Of a stretch of DNA of 64,000 nucleotides, positions 12,901 through 23,691 are shown piece after piece (positions within the stretch are counted from its first letter, which is position 1; each line of letters starts with the position of its first letter). The notes beneath the pieces are model-generated. The model made no database searches and had not been told where the DNA came from. It saw only the letters and a program-made list of their open reading frames with translations. The position numbers and the translations under genes are program-made. Origin of the DNA: Laetmonice hystrix (taxonomy: Eukaryota); the NCBI GenBank assembly GCA_965235115.1, contig OZ249437.1, positions 31,310,001 to 31,374,000 of the forward strand. Direction: 5' to 3'.

Positions 12901-15047
12901 CAACTGACAGTAAAATTGTCATCTCGAAACCTTACTCTCTGTCAGACTTGTCAGGATAGTTTACCTTTACATATTTAGCCTCTTCCTTTATTATTATACA
13001 GTTTGTTTCTTAAAATTCAACAGGTAACCTACAGGTCAAATCACGTTATTTTCTTAACTGCACAGAAACAACGTATGGTGTGTGAGTTATAGTGCTAAGT
13101 GCATTCTGTCATGTCAGCCATTATACATAACAATAACATTTTTATGTTATATCAAGTTATATCACCTGAAAGATTCACAGAACTCAAAAAGAGTAGCACC
13201 ATTCCTCATCTTCATCAACCCAGACTTTCTGCTCTTTTTACCGACGCCTCCGATAGCCTGCCCTCGGCACTGCTCTAGAAAACCTCTCAAGCCTGGAGCC
13301 AAGAAGATAAACTTCATAGTGCTCACCGTACCAGTATCATAGAATACAAACAATTTTTATTCTACGCCAGTACAATGAAATGTATACATTGATATATCAA
13401 AGGATCAGTGTGTGCATCCAGGAGTACATCCAGAGGGGTGTGAGAATCAGGAGCAGAACTTTGGCAGCGAGAAATCAATTTGCTTTTCAAGTTGAAGTAA
13501 TAAACGTTTAATTTATCCATGCCGTGCTCTTCTAGTTCTTCATGAAGATGGGCTGTCTGTGCCTTACATTATTATAATCACCGAGCCTAAACTCTTAGCA
13601 TACATACCCTAATACGCATACACACTCCTGTATTTGGAATCTATGTTTTGTGGTGTATAGTATAAGTGAAACATATCCTGTAACAAACATGTTCAGCGCC
13701 ACCTGGCAGGGCTCAATGGAACTTGGGCAAACATTATACATGTAGGCCTACTCAACACGTAATTGTGTTATCAAAATCTCACTCAGTCGTTTCATAGATT
13801 ACAGCTCCTTCCAGGGGAAACAATGCTTCAACAAATCGTGACTTTCCCTTGGCAACATATTGTGCAAAATGGCCAGCCTCTGCTGCATAAAACCATCCCT
13901 GCAAAATAACAAGTCGTATATCTTTCTCAGCAATAGTGGATGGGTTCGCAATGGGCTTGTAAACAGACATACTGCAGTACTACTATAATGCCATCTCACA
14001 GTATGAGTTTCACATTAAATAAAGATAAAGACAAATCACCTGGTCATATACTTCCCTCTGCTGTTTAGATTTGGCATTAGCAGGTGTAAAGTTGATGTAG
14101 TCTGGGTTGGTGAAGACAACCAGTAGAGAGTTATGTTTGGCCTGCTGGCCTCGTTCCAGCTGTGTGGACATATACCAGGGACACGTCACAAGTTCAATGT
14201 AGATCACCCTTCCATCAACACCTGCAAATTTAATACAGTCCACAAAAATGTTATTTCATTGATATTATGAGTGTCAATTTAATTTATTTCCTTTGATGCA
14301 ATTAAGTACATTGTAATCAAGGAAAGAACATTGATATAGTAGGCTAAAGCTCATATTGAAATTAATGCAGTGACTCTTATTCACAGTTGGCTAAATTAAA
14401 AGTGTTTTGAATCTTTTCCCCCCAGAAACCCTTGGCTTTCACTATGTTGTCTTCTGAATAGTAAATAAAGAGATATTATTTATCTTTTTTAATATATAAT
14501 ACACTGACCTTTGATTACCTGGGTGACAAGTTCACAGATTTTAGTTTTAATCTCCGGTGTCAGAGACACTGGGACATGCATAAGAATCAATGCGCGAAGC
14601 TGTTGTAAAGTCAACTGGTCAAGTTCTGCACATTCCAGCTCAACTTCACTGTGCTCTATCTTAGACTTCACTGACTTCAAACTCTGCAAGATCTCTATGG
14701 CCTGCTCTGTCACTAAAAATGATAAAAACATTGTGAAATATCTTTTACAGCTCGGAATATACCATAACCCTTACACAAATTATGGTGAATAGGCCTACTG
14801 CCCTTTGTTCACAAGCAATTGCAAACTGCACATCTCATGATCCCATGGAAGTTAACAAAACAAGAAATTGTTCTGACTACATAGAGAGAGAGAGAGAGCT
14901 GAATTAAGTCACATTTTTCTCCTCTCAGACTTACATTTTGGACATGGTTTCTGTCTTTGTTCGACCTCTAAAGTAAATCGTTCCTGAGCTTGGAGGGCCA
15001 AGGTCACAGACTCTAGCAGTGCAATGTCCACCTCTGGAGGATGGCAA
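9909..15047 (-). CDS. Multi-exon gene encoding tandem Pol-beta-superfamily nucleotidyltransferase domains (RlaP/PF10127-like); domain 1 degenerate, domain 2 intact
   Basis: Exons 5'->3': 14935-15047, 14509-14712, 14040-14221, 13783-13898, 13166-13292, 12736 (or 12676)-12856, 12342-12519, 12049-12227, 11596-11730, 11420-11464, 10588-10725, 10370-10483, 9909-10127 (TAA). All joins are phase-consistent except 13783->13292. Domain 2 reads ARAGSYLYGLSTPESDVDYVVVY...VEYGAYEARIFAEMLLKG...LQYRG...KKLFYQIFHKL...FIMRIRRG...FLTKWLLGLR. About 620 aa reconstructed; start codon not located. Confidence 0.88.
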
Positions 15048-15234
15048 CTGGATAAAATACAAAACAAGACTGATTTTCATTTATGAGGCAATTGTTCCAT
15101 ATAATAGATCTATATGTTCCATATTATCCATATATATATCAAAAATCGTATTCACATACCGTACTCATATAATTACAGTTGCTTTGTAACATTCTTAAGA
15201 TTTTAAGATAATTTCTATCACCAATGGAATGAAG

Positions 15235-15387
15235 GGGTCACCCTTAATACCGATGACCCAAATGACCAGAGATGACCTGCGAAAAATATCACAGAGGGTT
15301 TATTAGTGCTTCCAGCTGATATTTTTAGCGGGTCATCTCTAGTCATCTCGGGTCCTCCCGGGTCATCGGTATTAACAAGGGTGATCC
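15235..15387. repeat. Fold-back (MITE-like) palindrome of about 150 bp
   Basis: The left arm GGTCACCCTTAATACCGATGACCC...GAGATGACCTGCGAAAAATATCA pairs imperfectly with the right arm TGATATTTTTAGCGGGTCATCTC...GGGTCATCGGTATTAACAAGGGTGATCC. Confidence 0.65.
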
Positions 15388-15899
15388 GAATGAGCTATAG
15401 TACAAGCAGTATACACGTAGGTAGTACAAATGTATATCATGTATCACATCACACAGATTCTGAGATTGTATATATGGTGCCTACCTTTTCATTGTAAAAC
15501 CTGACATCATGTCACATAACATCCAGCCTCTCCAAGCACTGGACTCTGAGTGAAGTTACTTGAAGTTGTACACTACGTAGAGCTTGATATAGTTCCAGGC
15601 TATATAGAGAACGTGAAGGTTTCGTCTACAAACTGTAATCAAAGAGAAACGCCAAAAGGGGGATGCAAGTGAGGTCAAGTCATCATAACCATACATGATA
15701 CAGTCAGATCAGGAAGCTGCGCCCAAACCGTAGATCCGCCCCACTTCATAAGACATATGACCAATAAAAGAAGCATACCATGGTACGGTTGACATTACAG
15801 TGTATACGACTTCAGTCTCGTTGAGTACACAGACCGTTAGGATCTCACCTGTACGCTTCATCACCTATTCATCAGTCCTATCAGTATCACGATTCACAG

Positions 15900-16030
15900 T
15901 CACCGACTTCTAAGGCTTGTGGTGTTGTGAGTTGTGACATTTCCCGGAAGGTGTCGCAACACGAGGTCAATGTTTGTTATGGAACTCTCCTGTTAGAGGC
16001 AAGGAAGAGTAACTCGCCGGAAGTGAGTGT
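15900..16030. promoter_or_regulatory. Putative housekeeping, possibly bidirectional, promoter
   Basis: Two ETS-like CCGGAAG motifs (about 15944 and 16017). There is a minus-strand donor (AG|GTGAGA, 15847-48) on one side and a plus-strand GTGAGT just after 16022 on the other. This is inference only. Confidence 0.35.
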
Positions 16031-16261
16031 AATGCTCGTCGATGTGAGCTTCACATTTGCATCAGGATAGTGGTCCTCACGAATAAAGGACAAGGTATGA
16101 GCCAAAATTACAATCAAGATATAAAATTGTACTCCAAACAGGTCTCGGCATCATGTTAACCCACCCGAAAACGTGAGATTAGCAGATCGAGGGAGGAGGC
16201 AGCCTGCGTCAGTGAAAGACTGACTGAGTGAGAGAAGAAGAAGGTGATTGTGGACCATTGT

Positions 16262-16789
16262 TGTAGCGGCATGGGGGAAGAAGTAGCACTGGGTCGGATG
16301 AGTTTCGACTGGAACTTTATTCGTCTGGTTACAACTTGTTCCTCTGGTTTCCTCGCTCGTTCCGTGAAAACTAAATAACAGCGAAATAACAGCGACCAGA
16401 AAAAATGACCAGAACATATTTAAACTTCAACTTAAATTTACAAAACGCGTAATCGCGCAAAAATACCACGTAGGGCTTACAGAACTGCTTACCTCTATCC
16501 ACCTTCTACAATACGCATATTCGCAGTTTTCGCAAATTCCCTCTTGCCGCTTTAAGCCAGTATTCACCTCTCATGGTGTCGCAAATGTGAAATGACCGGA
16601 CCGATGGTAACTCAAAAATGTGACCGGTCAAATGGTCAGACTGGTCACATGGTCTGCTGACCAGTATATAAATAAATTAACTTGTTCAGGGCCACAGGTG
16701 GCGACACCTGCTAATTTAGTGACCTCTATTGGAGGGTTTGGGAACTGCTGGTTCCCGCGCATTTATAAATGAAACCATCTTTCATTACA
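16262..16789 (-). repeat. 3' LTR of BEL element
   Basis: Identical to 23692-24219 except one base (T at 16272 vs G at 23702). Contains minus-strand AATAAA (about 16316), a donor GAG|GTAAGC (about 16490) and a TATA-like TTTATATA (about 16668). Confidence 0.98.
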
Positions 16790-16930
16790 TGGCTCCCCAA
16801 ATTTACTCGTAAATTTTCCTATCAGCATTACATAATACTTATTACATGATGTCACTACATCATAATCACATCACAAGTCATCTCTCATTTCTCAGAACTC
16901 GTATCACATGTCAAAATTATAATACATTCT

Positions 16931-17085
16931 CACAAATCATCTCATGTTTCACAAATCATATCTCATGTTTCACAAATCATATCTCATGTTTCACAAATCA
17001 TATCTCATGTTTCACAAATCATATCTCATGTTTCACAAATCATATCTCATGTTTCACAAATCATATCTCATGTTTCACAAATCAT
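16931..17085. repeat. 21-bp tandem repeat (about 7 copies) in the 3' UTR of the BEL element
   Basis: Unit ATCTCATGTTTCACAAATCAT, near-perfect copies. Confidence 0.95.
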
Positions 17086-17226
17086 CTTCAACTACATTTG
17101 TAATTCTTTATCAACTACGAATTTTTAAACATATATATTACTACACTGTTACTACAATCTATTTACACTCATGGCTCCCCGTTGGGGATTACCCCAAATT
17201 TACTTAGAAGAAAATGATCACGACAT

Positions 17227-20200
17227 TTAGTCAGAACCTTCTAAAAGCAACACCAGTTTGTGAATAGGACGTTTTAGGAACGTCGTTGGGCGCAGTGGTT
17301 TTCCTTTCTTATCCAATGTTGAATTGGCCATTGCTAGCTTAACAGTGCGAACTAAACCATCCTTGCTGAAGTAAGTCTCTACGACTCGACCCAATGGCCA
17401 CTGGCAACGATGCAAATCTTCATCTTTGACAAATACTATGTCGTCTACCTTTAAGTTTCGTTTAGGATGTACCCATTTATGTCTAGACTGTAAGTTTTGG
17501 AGATATTCCTTGCGCCAACGGTACCAAAATTCATTTACCAAGTGTTGAACCCTTCTCCATCTTTTCCTCGCATACAAATCAGACCTGTCAAAATCGTTTT
17601 TAGGAGGAAGGAGATTACCGGTTTTCATTGTCAAGAGATGATTAGGTGTGATGGGTGACAAAGACAAAGGGTCGTTCACATTGTCAACAGTAAGGGGCCT
17701 GCTGTTTACTATACAAGTGACTTCATACATTACAGTGCGTAAGGAATCATCATTTAGTTGACCACTACCTTGGTCCATGAGAGCATTAAGGACGTTTCTC
17801 ACTGTTCTTATCTGACGTTCCCAGGAACCGCCCATGTGACTTGCAGAAGGGACATTAAATTTGAATTCAATGTAATCGCATCCTTTAGACAAAAGGAATG
17901 TTCTGATGTGAGTTTGGTCTGTGTGAGACAGGGCTTTGTACAGTTCAGAATGAGCGCCAACAAAATTGGTGCCACGGTCACATCGTAACAAACGGATTGG
18001 GCCACGAATGGCGAGAAACCTTCTCAGTGCATTCATAAATGCGTCAGTACTCAAATCAATGGACACTTCTACATGAATTGCCCTGGAGACTAAGCATGTA
18101 AAAAGACACCCATATCTCTTTACTTCCTTCCGACCCATCTTGACCAACCATGGCCCAAAAAAATCCACTCCAACATATGTAAAAGGAGGGGAAGGGTTTA
18201 TCCTGTCATACGGCAAATCTGACATTTTTTGTTCTTGTAATCGACCACGGTACTTCCTACATTTCACGCACTGTCGTATGTGATTAGCAACAGCTGCACT
18301 ACATCCAACCACCCAGAACCCATTACTTCTAATTTCGTTGACAGTCGTGGTTCTACCTTGATGTCCACTTTTCTCATGATGAAAGTAGGAAACAATGAGT
18401 TCAGAAATGTGGCTCTTTCTGGGTAGGATAACAGGATGTTTTACATGATCTGATAGGGTCGCCCTTCCTAAACGACCTCCTACACGCAAGATTCCTTTAT
18501 CATCGATAAAAGGGTCAAGCTGGGACAAGGAACTAGTTCGCCTCAACATTCCTTTGGTTTCTTTAACGTTCTCATGATTTGTATGTTTGATGTTTTTAAG
18601 AATAGTTAGTTCTTCTTTCAAACTGTTTGCTTGCACTATTCTGATGATTTCAGATTCCGCTTGCTCTAGCTCCTCTACTGTGATCGGGTCGATTTGTTCA
18701 TAGTTTACAGACGATTGAACAGGAGACCTTTTTACCCGTTTTTGCATTAGGAGAGCTTTGAACTTAAGACATCTGGCTATCGCTCGTTTAGCTCTAAACC
18801 AATCAGAGAAGTAGTCTAACCTACTTAGTTCAAACCCTGCAGAAGCCGTTTGAGTGCTTAACACTTGTATCTTTTTGAGCTCAGGGTCATGTGGCTGTAA
18901 ATCTGGGATAGTCTGCTCTTTGTAGGAAGAAATGTCCCTTTCCCATAAAAAATCAGGACCGGTTATCCACTTTGGGTTACTCACAAACTCCTCAGCTGAC
19001 ATACCTCTAGAAACTTTGTCAGCTGGGTTTTCAGTGGATTTGACAAAATTCCATTGAGAAGAGCATGTATGGTTTCGAATTTGTTGAACACGATTGGCTA
19101 CAAACACGTGAAAGCGGCGTGACTCGTTAGCTATGTAGCCTAATACTACTTTGGAATCGGTCCAGTAGGTCTCAGTAATATTCTCGTACTCTAGTTCCTC
19201 TTGGAAGAACGTGCTCATGCGAACTGACACGAGAGCTGCGGAAAGCTCTAATCGCGGGATTGTGACTGTTTTCAAGGGGGCTACTCTTGATTTGCTCATG
19301 ACTAGTGAACAATGCACTCTTTGTTTCTCGTTAATCAATCGCAGATATGAGCATTGCCCATATCCCACACTGCTAGCGTCAGAAAAGTGATGTAATTCTG
19401 CGGTTTCAATTTGGCCAAAATTGGCGGGATGGTAGCATCTTGGAATGCGTACGGACTCCAGTTGCACCAGGCCGTTTCGCCATTGTTCCCATTCCGATCG
19501 AAGAGGATCAGGGAGACTACTGTCCCAATCCAGATTATCTCGACAGAGTTCCTGTAAGATCAGTTTTCCTTTAAGAATAACCGGTGCTAGGAAACCTAGA
19601 GGGTCATATACTGAGTTTACTGTCGACAAAATACCCCGTCTAGTCAAAGGTTTGTCTTTGAGAGTTATGCGGAAACAAAACTCGTCTACTTCTATGCACC
19701 AATAGACCCCTAAGGCTCGTTCTACTGGAACAGTGGTTTTGAGAAAGTTGAGATTTTGCATTCCACTCGAGAGTTCTTCTGTAGGTAAGGATTGCATAAC
19801 TTCCTCTGAATTCGATACGAATTTGTGCAAATGGACTCCACCTTCGTAACAGATTTTCTGTGACCTTTTGATCAAGTCAATGGCTTCAACGGGGCTGGAC
19901 ACCGACTTAAGGCCGTCATCAACGTAAAAGTTGCGATGAATGAACTGAGCTGCGTCCGAGCCATATTTGTTTTCATTATCAGAGGCGATACGCTTCAGAC
20001 CGAAATTAGCGCACCCTGGTGAGGACGCCGCTCCGAAGAGGTGAACGTTCATTCGGTACTCAACAGGTTTCGATTCACAATCTCCGTTTTTCCACCAAAG
20101 GAACCTCAAGAAGTTGCGATGGTTCTTATCTACCTTAAATTGATAGAACATTTGTTCAATATCACATACGAATGCGGTTTGTTCTTGTCGAAATCGGCAT

Positions 20201-23200
20201 AAAACTCCTAATAAGGTATTTGTGAGAGGGGGACCTGGTAGGAGGTGGTCATTCAAGGACTCGCCTTGAAATCGGGCACTACAGTCGAAGACGACTCTTA
20301 ATTTGTTCTTCTTTTGATGGTAAATACCATGATGGGGAATGTAATAAACTTGCCCATCATCTTGATCAAGCTCAGAATTCGGAACCCGTTCCGCATAACC
20401 TTTAGCGATTACGTTTTCCATGAACTCAACATAATCTCGGCGGTATTTTGGGTCATTTTGCAAGCGCTTCTGAAGCGGTTTCAATCGACTAAGGGCCAAC
20501 GATTTGTTGTTTGGTAATTTCGGTTGATCCTGTCGGAAAGGGAGAGGCATCTCATAATGCTTGTCAGACCGTTGATGTACACCTTCCTCGAGAATTGCCA
20601 TGAACCTTCGGTCTTCATGAGAGTGAGGCTCAAGTGTTTTACGGTCACTGAAGTCGATCTCCATCATATCTAGAATGTTTCTTGGCCCGATGACCTCTTT
20701 GATGGTTACCTTGGATGAGAAGTGGGCTACAGTTTTAGTTCCAATACCTTCTATACCCTCATGCGATCTAGCAATCGAAGGGAAGACCTCATATGTGAGT
20801 ATCCTATGACTCACGCCAATAGGATCACAGTTTAGTTGAGACTTATCAAACTTATCTTCACCTACTACACCAACGACACTCCATCCTAGCACTGTTTTTT
20901 GTGCGAAGGGTCCATCAGATATAGGCAAGATTATATCATTGGGAGCAAGAGCCTTTGAACAGTTATACCCAATTAATAGTCCTACCTTACAGTCATTTAA
21001 GGGCATAAGTTTGTGAGCAATAGGTTCCAAGTGGGGCCACCTATTGGCAGTTTCAGTCGTAGGTATATGAGCACGATTGGCGGGAATCATGCCGCGTGAA
21101 AACACGGGGGGCAAAGCAATAGTTTCAGTGCTATCATGCCCTCGCACCCTTAGGCCAGTAACACGGGTACTGTCGATCAGCTGATCCTTTACTGACATTG
21201 TTGACAGTAACAATTGGGTTGGAACACCTGTAATGTCTAATTCATCTCGAGTACTATCGAGGACAAACGACGTGTCGGACTGGGTGTCCAGTAAGGCGTA
21301 TACTAGGATCTCTCTATCTGGACGGTCCATGTGCGAAACCCAAACGGGTACGATCGTAGAGCATTTAACTGGACAGTCTGACTCAGTGAAATTACTCACT
21401 CTTGCTTTAGTTGAGGTAGACTGTACCTCCCTAATAGGGGGAACCTTATTTCCTACGTTGTCAGGCTTCGGTGTATTCTTTGTCTCGATATTAGGCTGCG
21501 TGCCTACCCTATTCCCTAATTCGTAGATATCACCATGTAGGGATGTTGCATGTTGTTTGGAACAAATCTTACAAGTAAGTCTATTCCTACACAGCTTCGA
21601 TCTGTGTCCAGGTTTAAGACAACCAAAGCAAAGATTGTTTTGTCGAATGTGTGCTTTCCTGTCAGCTAGAGATTTCGAAAAGAAATGGTGACAGGTATCT
21701 AGGTTATGTGACCCCTTACATAGAGTGCAGGACCCTGGATTAACCTGCTTACTTTGTCTCTCGTATCTGACATCAGCACCCGCAACAAAGGAACTAAAAC
21801 CTGAAGTTTGTTTAGGCTTAGTTATCTTAGTATTTCTTTGAATGTCTGAGAACTGATTCTGCTTGACCGCTTGAAATGACGTTATTGGGTGACAAGCTAT
21901 GTCAGCTTCCCTAATCACAAATCTCTGAAACTCACTGAAGGGCGGAAAGGTACCCGAACGGGTCTTTGTGTCGGATACTATCCTTCCCCACCGTGGAATC
22001 ATCCAATCTGGTAGTTTAGACAATAATTTCCGATTTTCGTGATCGTCATCTAGTATCTTCAAACTTGGAATAGTCTCTCTAGCAATGTTACATTGTCTTA
22101 GGAAATCGGCAAATTTACGCAAAGCTATGCCGTCACGAGCTGGTATCCTAGGCCAAGAATCTAGGCGTTCGCGAAACGCGTTGGCAATGACGAATGGGTT
22201 GCCGTATCGTTCTTCAAGTAGGGTTTTAGCTTCCTCATATGCGCTAGAAGAACTTATCAAAAAGTAACCTTCTATTGCTTCCTTCGCAACACCACCAATG
22301 TACCTTTTCAGGTAATGTATCCTCTCATTTGCGGGTATCCCCTTCTGGTCAATGAGTATTTCAAAGGTCACTTTCCAATCCGGGTACTTTAGCGGATCCC
22401 CGGTGAATACGACTGGCTCTGGTACAGGGATACGACTCAAATTAATATGTTCGGAAAGTAGCTTAGTTAACTCAAACACTTGTTGAGAAGGATCATTTCT
22501 TACTTCATTTACAAGGGGCGGTAATGAAACCGGAGTCGAAGACGTTTGACCCAGCTCAGGTGGATGTTGGGTTGTACCATTAGGACCACTAGGAGCATTT
22601 GTATAGGTCCCTGTATCCTTCGTGTGAGACCCAGAGAAAGTACTAGTGGGGAGATTCTTAGGAGTGAAATCAGTAGCACTAGGGTTCAAAGCACTTGTCA
22701 CGACAATGGGTGACGTGACTGGTTTAACAAGCGCGTCAGTAGTATTTGTGTTGGTGGCATGTGTTACAAGATAGTTTTCTACATATTCATGTGTACCATC
22801 AGGTGCAATTTCTTCAGTTACGAGAGTATCTTGGGCTTCATGTTCAAACCTTGAAATTGCCTCAAATTTTGCTTCTGCAACATGTAACGCTTTCTCAGTT
22901 TGGATTTTCTCTAACTCAGTCTTCTTAACATTTTCAATTTCCACATATGCAAGTTTGGTTCTTAAGGCTGCGGCCTCAGCGGCTATTTCTGCCCGTTTAG
23001 AAGTGCCAGAACTATTTGAACGGCGAGACCTCTGAGATTTACTACTACGTGAGGAACCAGACCTTCCAGAACCACGCTCAGATCTAACCGACTCAATCTC
23101 CCTAATGACCTCGGTTATACGCTTTGTGAGAGAGTAATGGTTATTTTCAACACGCTCGAACTTCGTACAATCTTCACTATCAATATCTACAGGTAATAAT

Positions 23201-23553
23201 CTATTTAGTTGTTCATACGCAGTTAAGACATGTTTCATTTCCGTTTCTAACTCAATACGCTCCCTTTGAAGCAAAGTGGAATCGTTGCTATCGGTAATTA
23301 AGGTCTCCAGTTTGCTGGCACGCCGGCACCATTTGCTAATACTATGTCTGAAAGCTTTGCGTTTTTCGTTAATTTGCCATTCGAGTCCTTTTTCTGTAAA
23401 TATTCGTGTACGCTCACTCGTTCTACGACTCTCATGCATATCTTTATCGATAGGCGCGCCGTCTATGGCTGTAGCGGGTATAATACCTCCTTCTGCAGCG
23501 GGTATAATACCTCCTTCTGCCATTATTAGCCTACTATTGAAAGGTCTTGCCAC
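17227..23553 (-). CDS. BEL/Pao gag-pol polyprotein, 2108 aa
   Basis: Uninterrupted ORF with a DUF1759-like gag (FTGDPLKYPDWKVTFE), Cys/His knuckles (CFGCLKPGHRSKLC, CKICSKQHATSLH), protease (ALLDTQSDTSF), RT (FYVDDGL), RNase H/peptidase A17 region (HHFSDASSVGYG), integrase (HEKSGHQG...CVKC; VDFFGP; CDRGTNF; GSWERQI) and a DUF5641-like tail (WRRVQHLVNEFWYRWRKEYL). Confidence 0.98.
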   Translation of the reverse strand: MARPFNSRLIMAEGGIIPAAEGGIIPATAIDGAPIDKDMHESRRTSERTRIFTEKGLEWQINEKRKAFRHSISKWCRRASKLETLITDSNDSTLLQRERIELETEMKHVLTAYEQLNRLLPVDIDSEDCTKFERVENNHYSLTKRITEVIREIESVRSERGSGRSGSSRSSKSQRSRRSNSSGTSKRAEIAAEAAALRTKLAYVEIENVKKTELEKIQTEKALHVAEAKFEAISRFEHEAQDTLVTEEIAPDGTHEYVENYLVTHATNTNTTDALVKPVTSPIVVTSALNPSATDFTPKNLPTSTFSGSHTKDTGTYTNAPSGPNGTTQHPPELGQTSSTPVSLPPLVNEVRNDPSQQVFELTKLLSEHINLSRIPVPEPVVFTGDPLKYPDWKVTFEILIDQKGIPANERIHYLKRYIGGVAKEAIEGYFLISSSSAYEEAKTLLEERYGNPFVIANAFRERLDSWPRIPARDGIALRKFADFLRQCNIARETIPSLKILDDDHENRKLLSKLPDWMIPRWGRIVSDTKTRSGTFPPFSEFQRFVIREADIACHPITSFQAVKQNQFSDIQRNTKITKPKQTSGFSSFVAGADVRYERQSKQVNPGSCTLCKGSHNLDTCHHFFSKSLADRKAHIRQNNLCFGCLKPGHRSKLCRNRLTCKICSKQHATSLHGDIYELGNRVGTQPNIETKNTPKPDNVGNKVPPIREVQSTSTKARVSNFTESDCPVKCSTIVPVWVSHMDRPDREILVYALLDTQSDTSFVLDSTRDELDITGVPTQLLLSTMSVKDQLIDSTRVTGLRVRGHDSTETIALPPVFSRGMIPANRAHIPTTETANRWPHLEPIAHKLMPLNDCKVGLLIGYNCSKALAPNDIILPISDGPFAQKTVLGWSVVGVVGEDKFDKSQLNCDPIGVSHRILTYEVFPSIARSHEGIEGIGTKTVAHFSSKVTIKEVIGPRNILDMMEIDFSDRKTLEPHSHEDRRFMAILEEGVHQRSDKHYEMPLPFRQDQPKLPNNKSLALSRLKPLQKRLQNDPKYRRDYVEFMENVIAKGYAERVPNSELDQDDGQVYYIPHHGIYHQKKNKLRVVFDCSARFQGESLNDHLLPGPPLTNTLLGVLCRFRQEQTAFVCDIEQMFYQFKVDKNHRNFLRFLWWKNGDCESKPVEYRMNVHLFGAASSPGCANFGLKRIASDNENKYGSDAAQFIHRNFYVDDGLKSVSSPVEAIDLIKRSQKICYEGGVHLHKFVSNSEEVMQSLPTEELSSGMQNLNFLKTTVPVERALGVYWCIEVDEFCFRITLKDKPLTRRGILSTVNSVYDPLGFLAPVILKGKLILQELCRDNLDWDSSLPDPLRSEWEQWRNGLVQLESVRIPRCYHPANFGQIETAELHHFSDASSVGYGQCSYLRLINEKQRVHCSLVMSKSRVAPLKTVTIPRLELSAALVSVRMSTFFQEELEYENITETYWTDSKVVLGYIANESRRFHVFVANRVQQIRNHTCSSQWNFVKSTENPADKVSRGMSAEEFVSNPKWITGPDFLWERDISSYKEQTIPDLQPHDPELKKIQVLSTQTASAGFELSRLDYFSDWFRAKRAIARCLKFKALLMQKRVKRSPVQSSVNYEQIDPITVEELEQAESEIIRIVQANSLKEELTILKNIKHTNHENVKETKGMLRRTSSLSQLDPFIDDKGILRVGGRLGRATLSDHVKHPVILPRKSHISELIVSYFHHEKSGHQGRTTTVNEIRSNGFWVVGCSAAVANHIRQCVKCRKYRGRLQEQKMSDLPYDRINPSPPFTYVGVDFFGPWLVKMGRKEVKRYGCLFTCLVSRAIHVEVSIDLSTDAFMNALRRFLAIRGPIRLLRCDRGTNFVGAHSELYKALSHTDQTHIRTFLLSKGCDYIEFKFNVPSASHMGGSWERQIRTVRNVLNALMDQGSGQLNDDSLRTVMYEVTCIVNSRPLTVDNVNDPLSLSPITPNHLLTMKTGNLLPPKNDFDRSDLYARKRWRRVQHLVNEFWYRWRKEYLQNLQSRHKWVHPKRNLKVDDIVFVKDEDLHRCQWPLGRVVETYFSKDGLVRTVKLAMANSTLDKKGKPLRPTTFLKRPIHKLVLLLEGSD

Positions 23554-23691
23554 GCAAAATCGAAAGTTCTCACACTGGCGTCACTTGAAGCAAGCTTGAA
23601 CTCGTTGAAGAGTGGTTGAGTGGTTGGTCACTTGCCGCATGTCGCCGCACCAGGCTCGCACCAGTAGACGCACACTGTGTAGAGTTTTCAC

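Noticed and set aside
16151-16417. Duplicate 88-aa ORFs (16151-16417 and 23581-23847)
   Set aside because: They share an N-terminus only because both start inside the LTRs. They are not genes.
16790-17226. env-like third ORF in the BEL element
   Set aside because: Only about 440 bp separate the pol stop from the 3' LTR, and it is filled with AT-rich sequence and a 21-bp repeat. The short plus-strand ORFs there are repeat artefacts.
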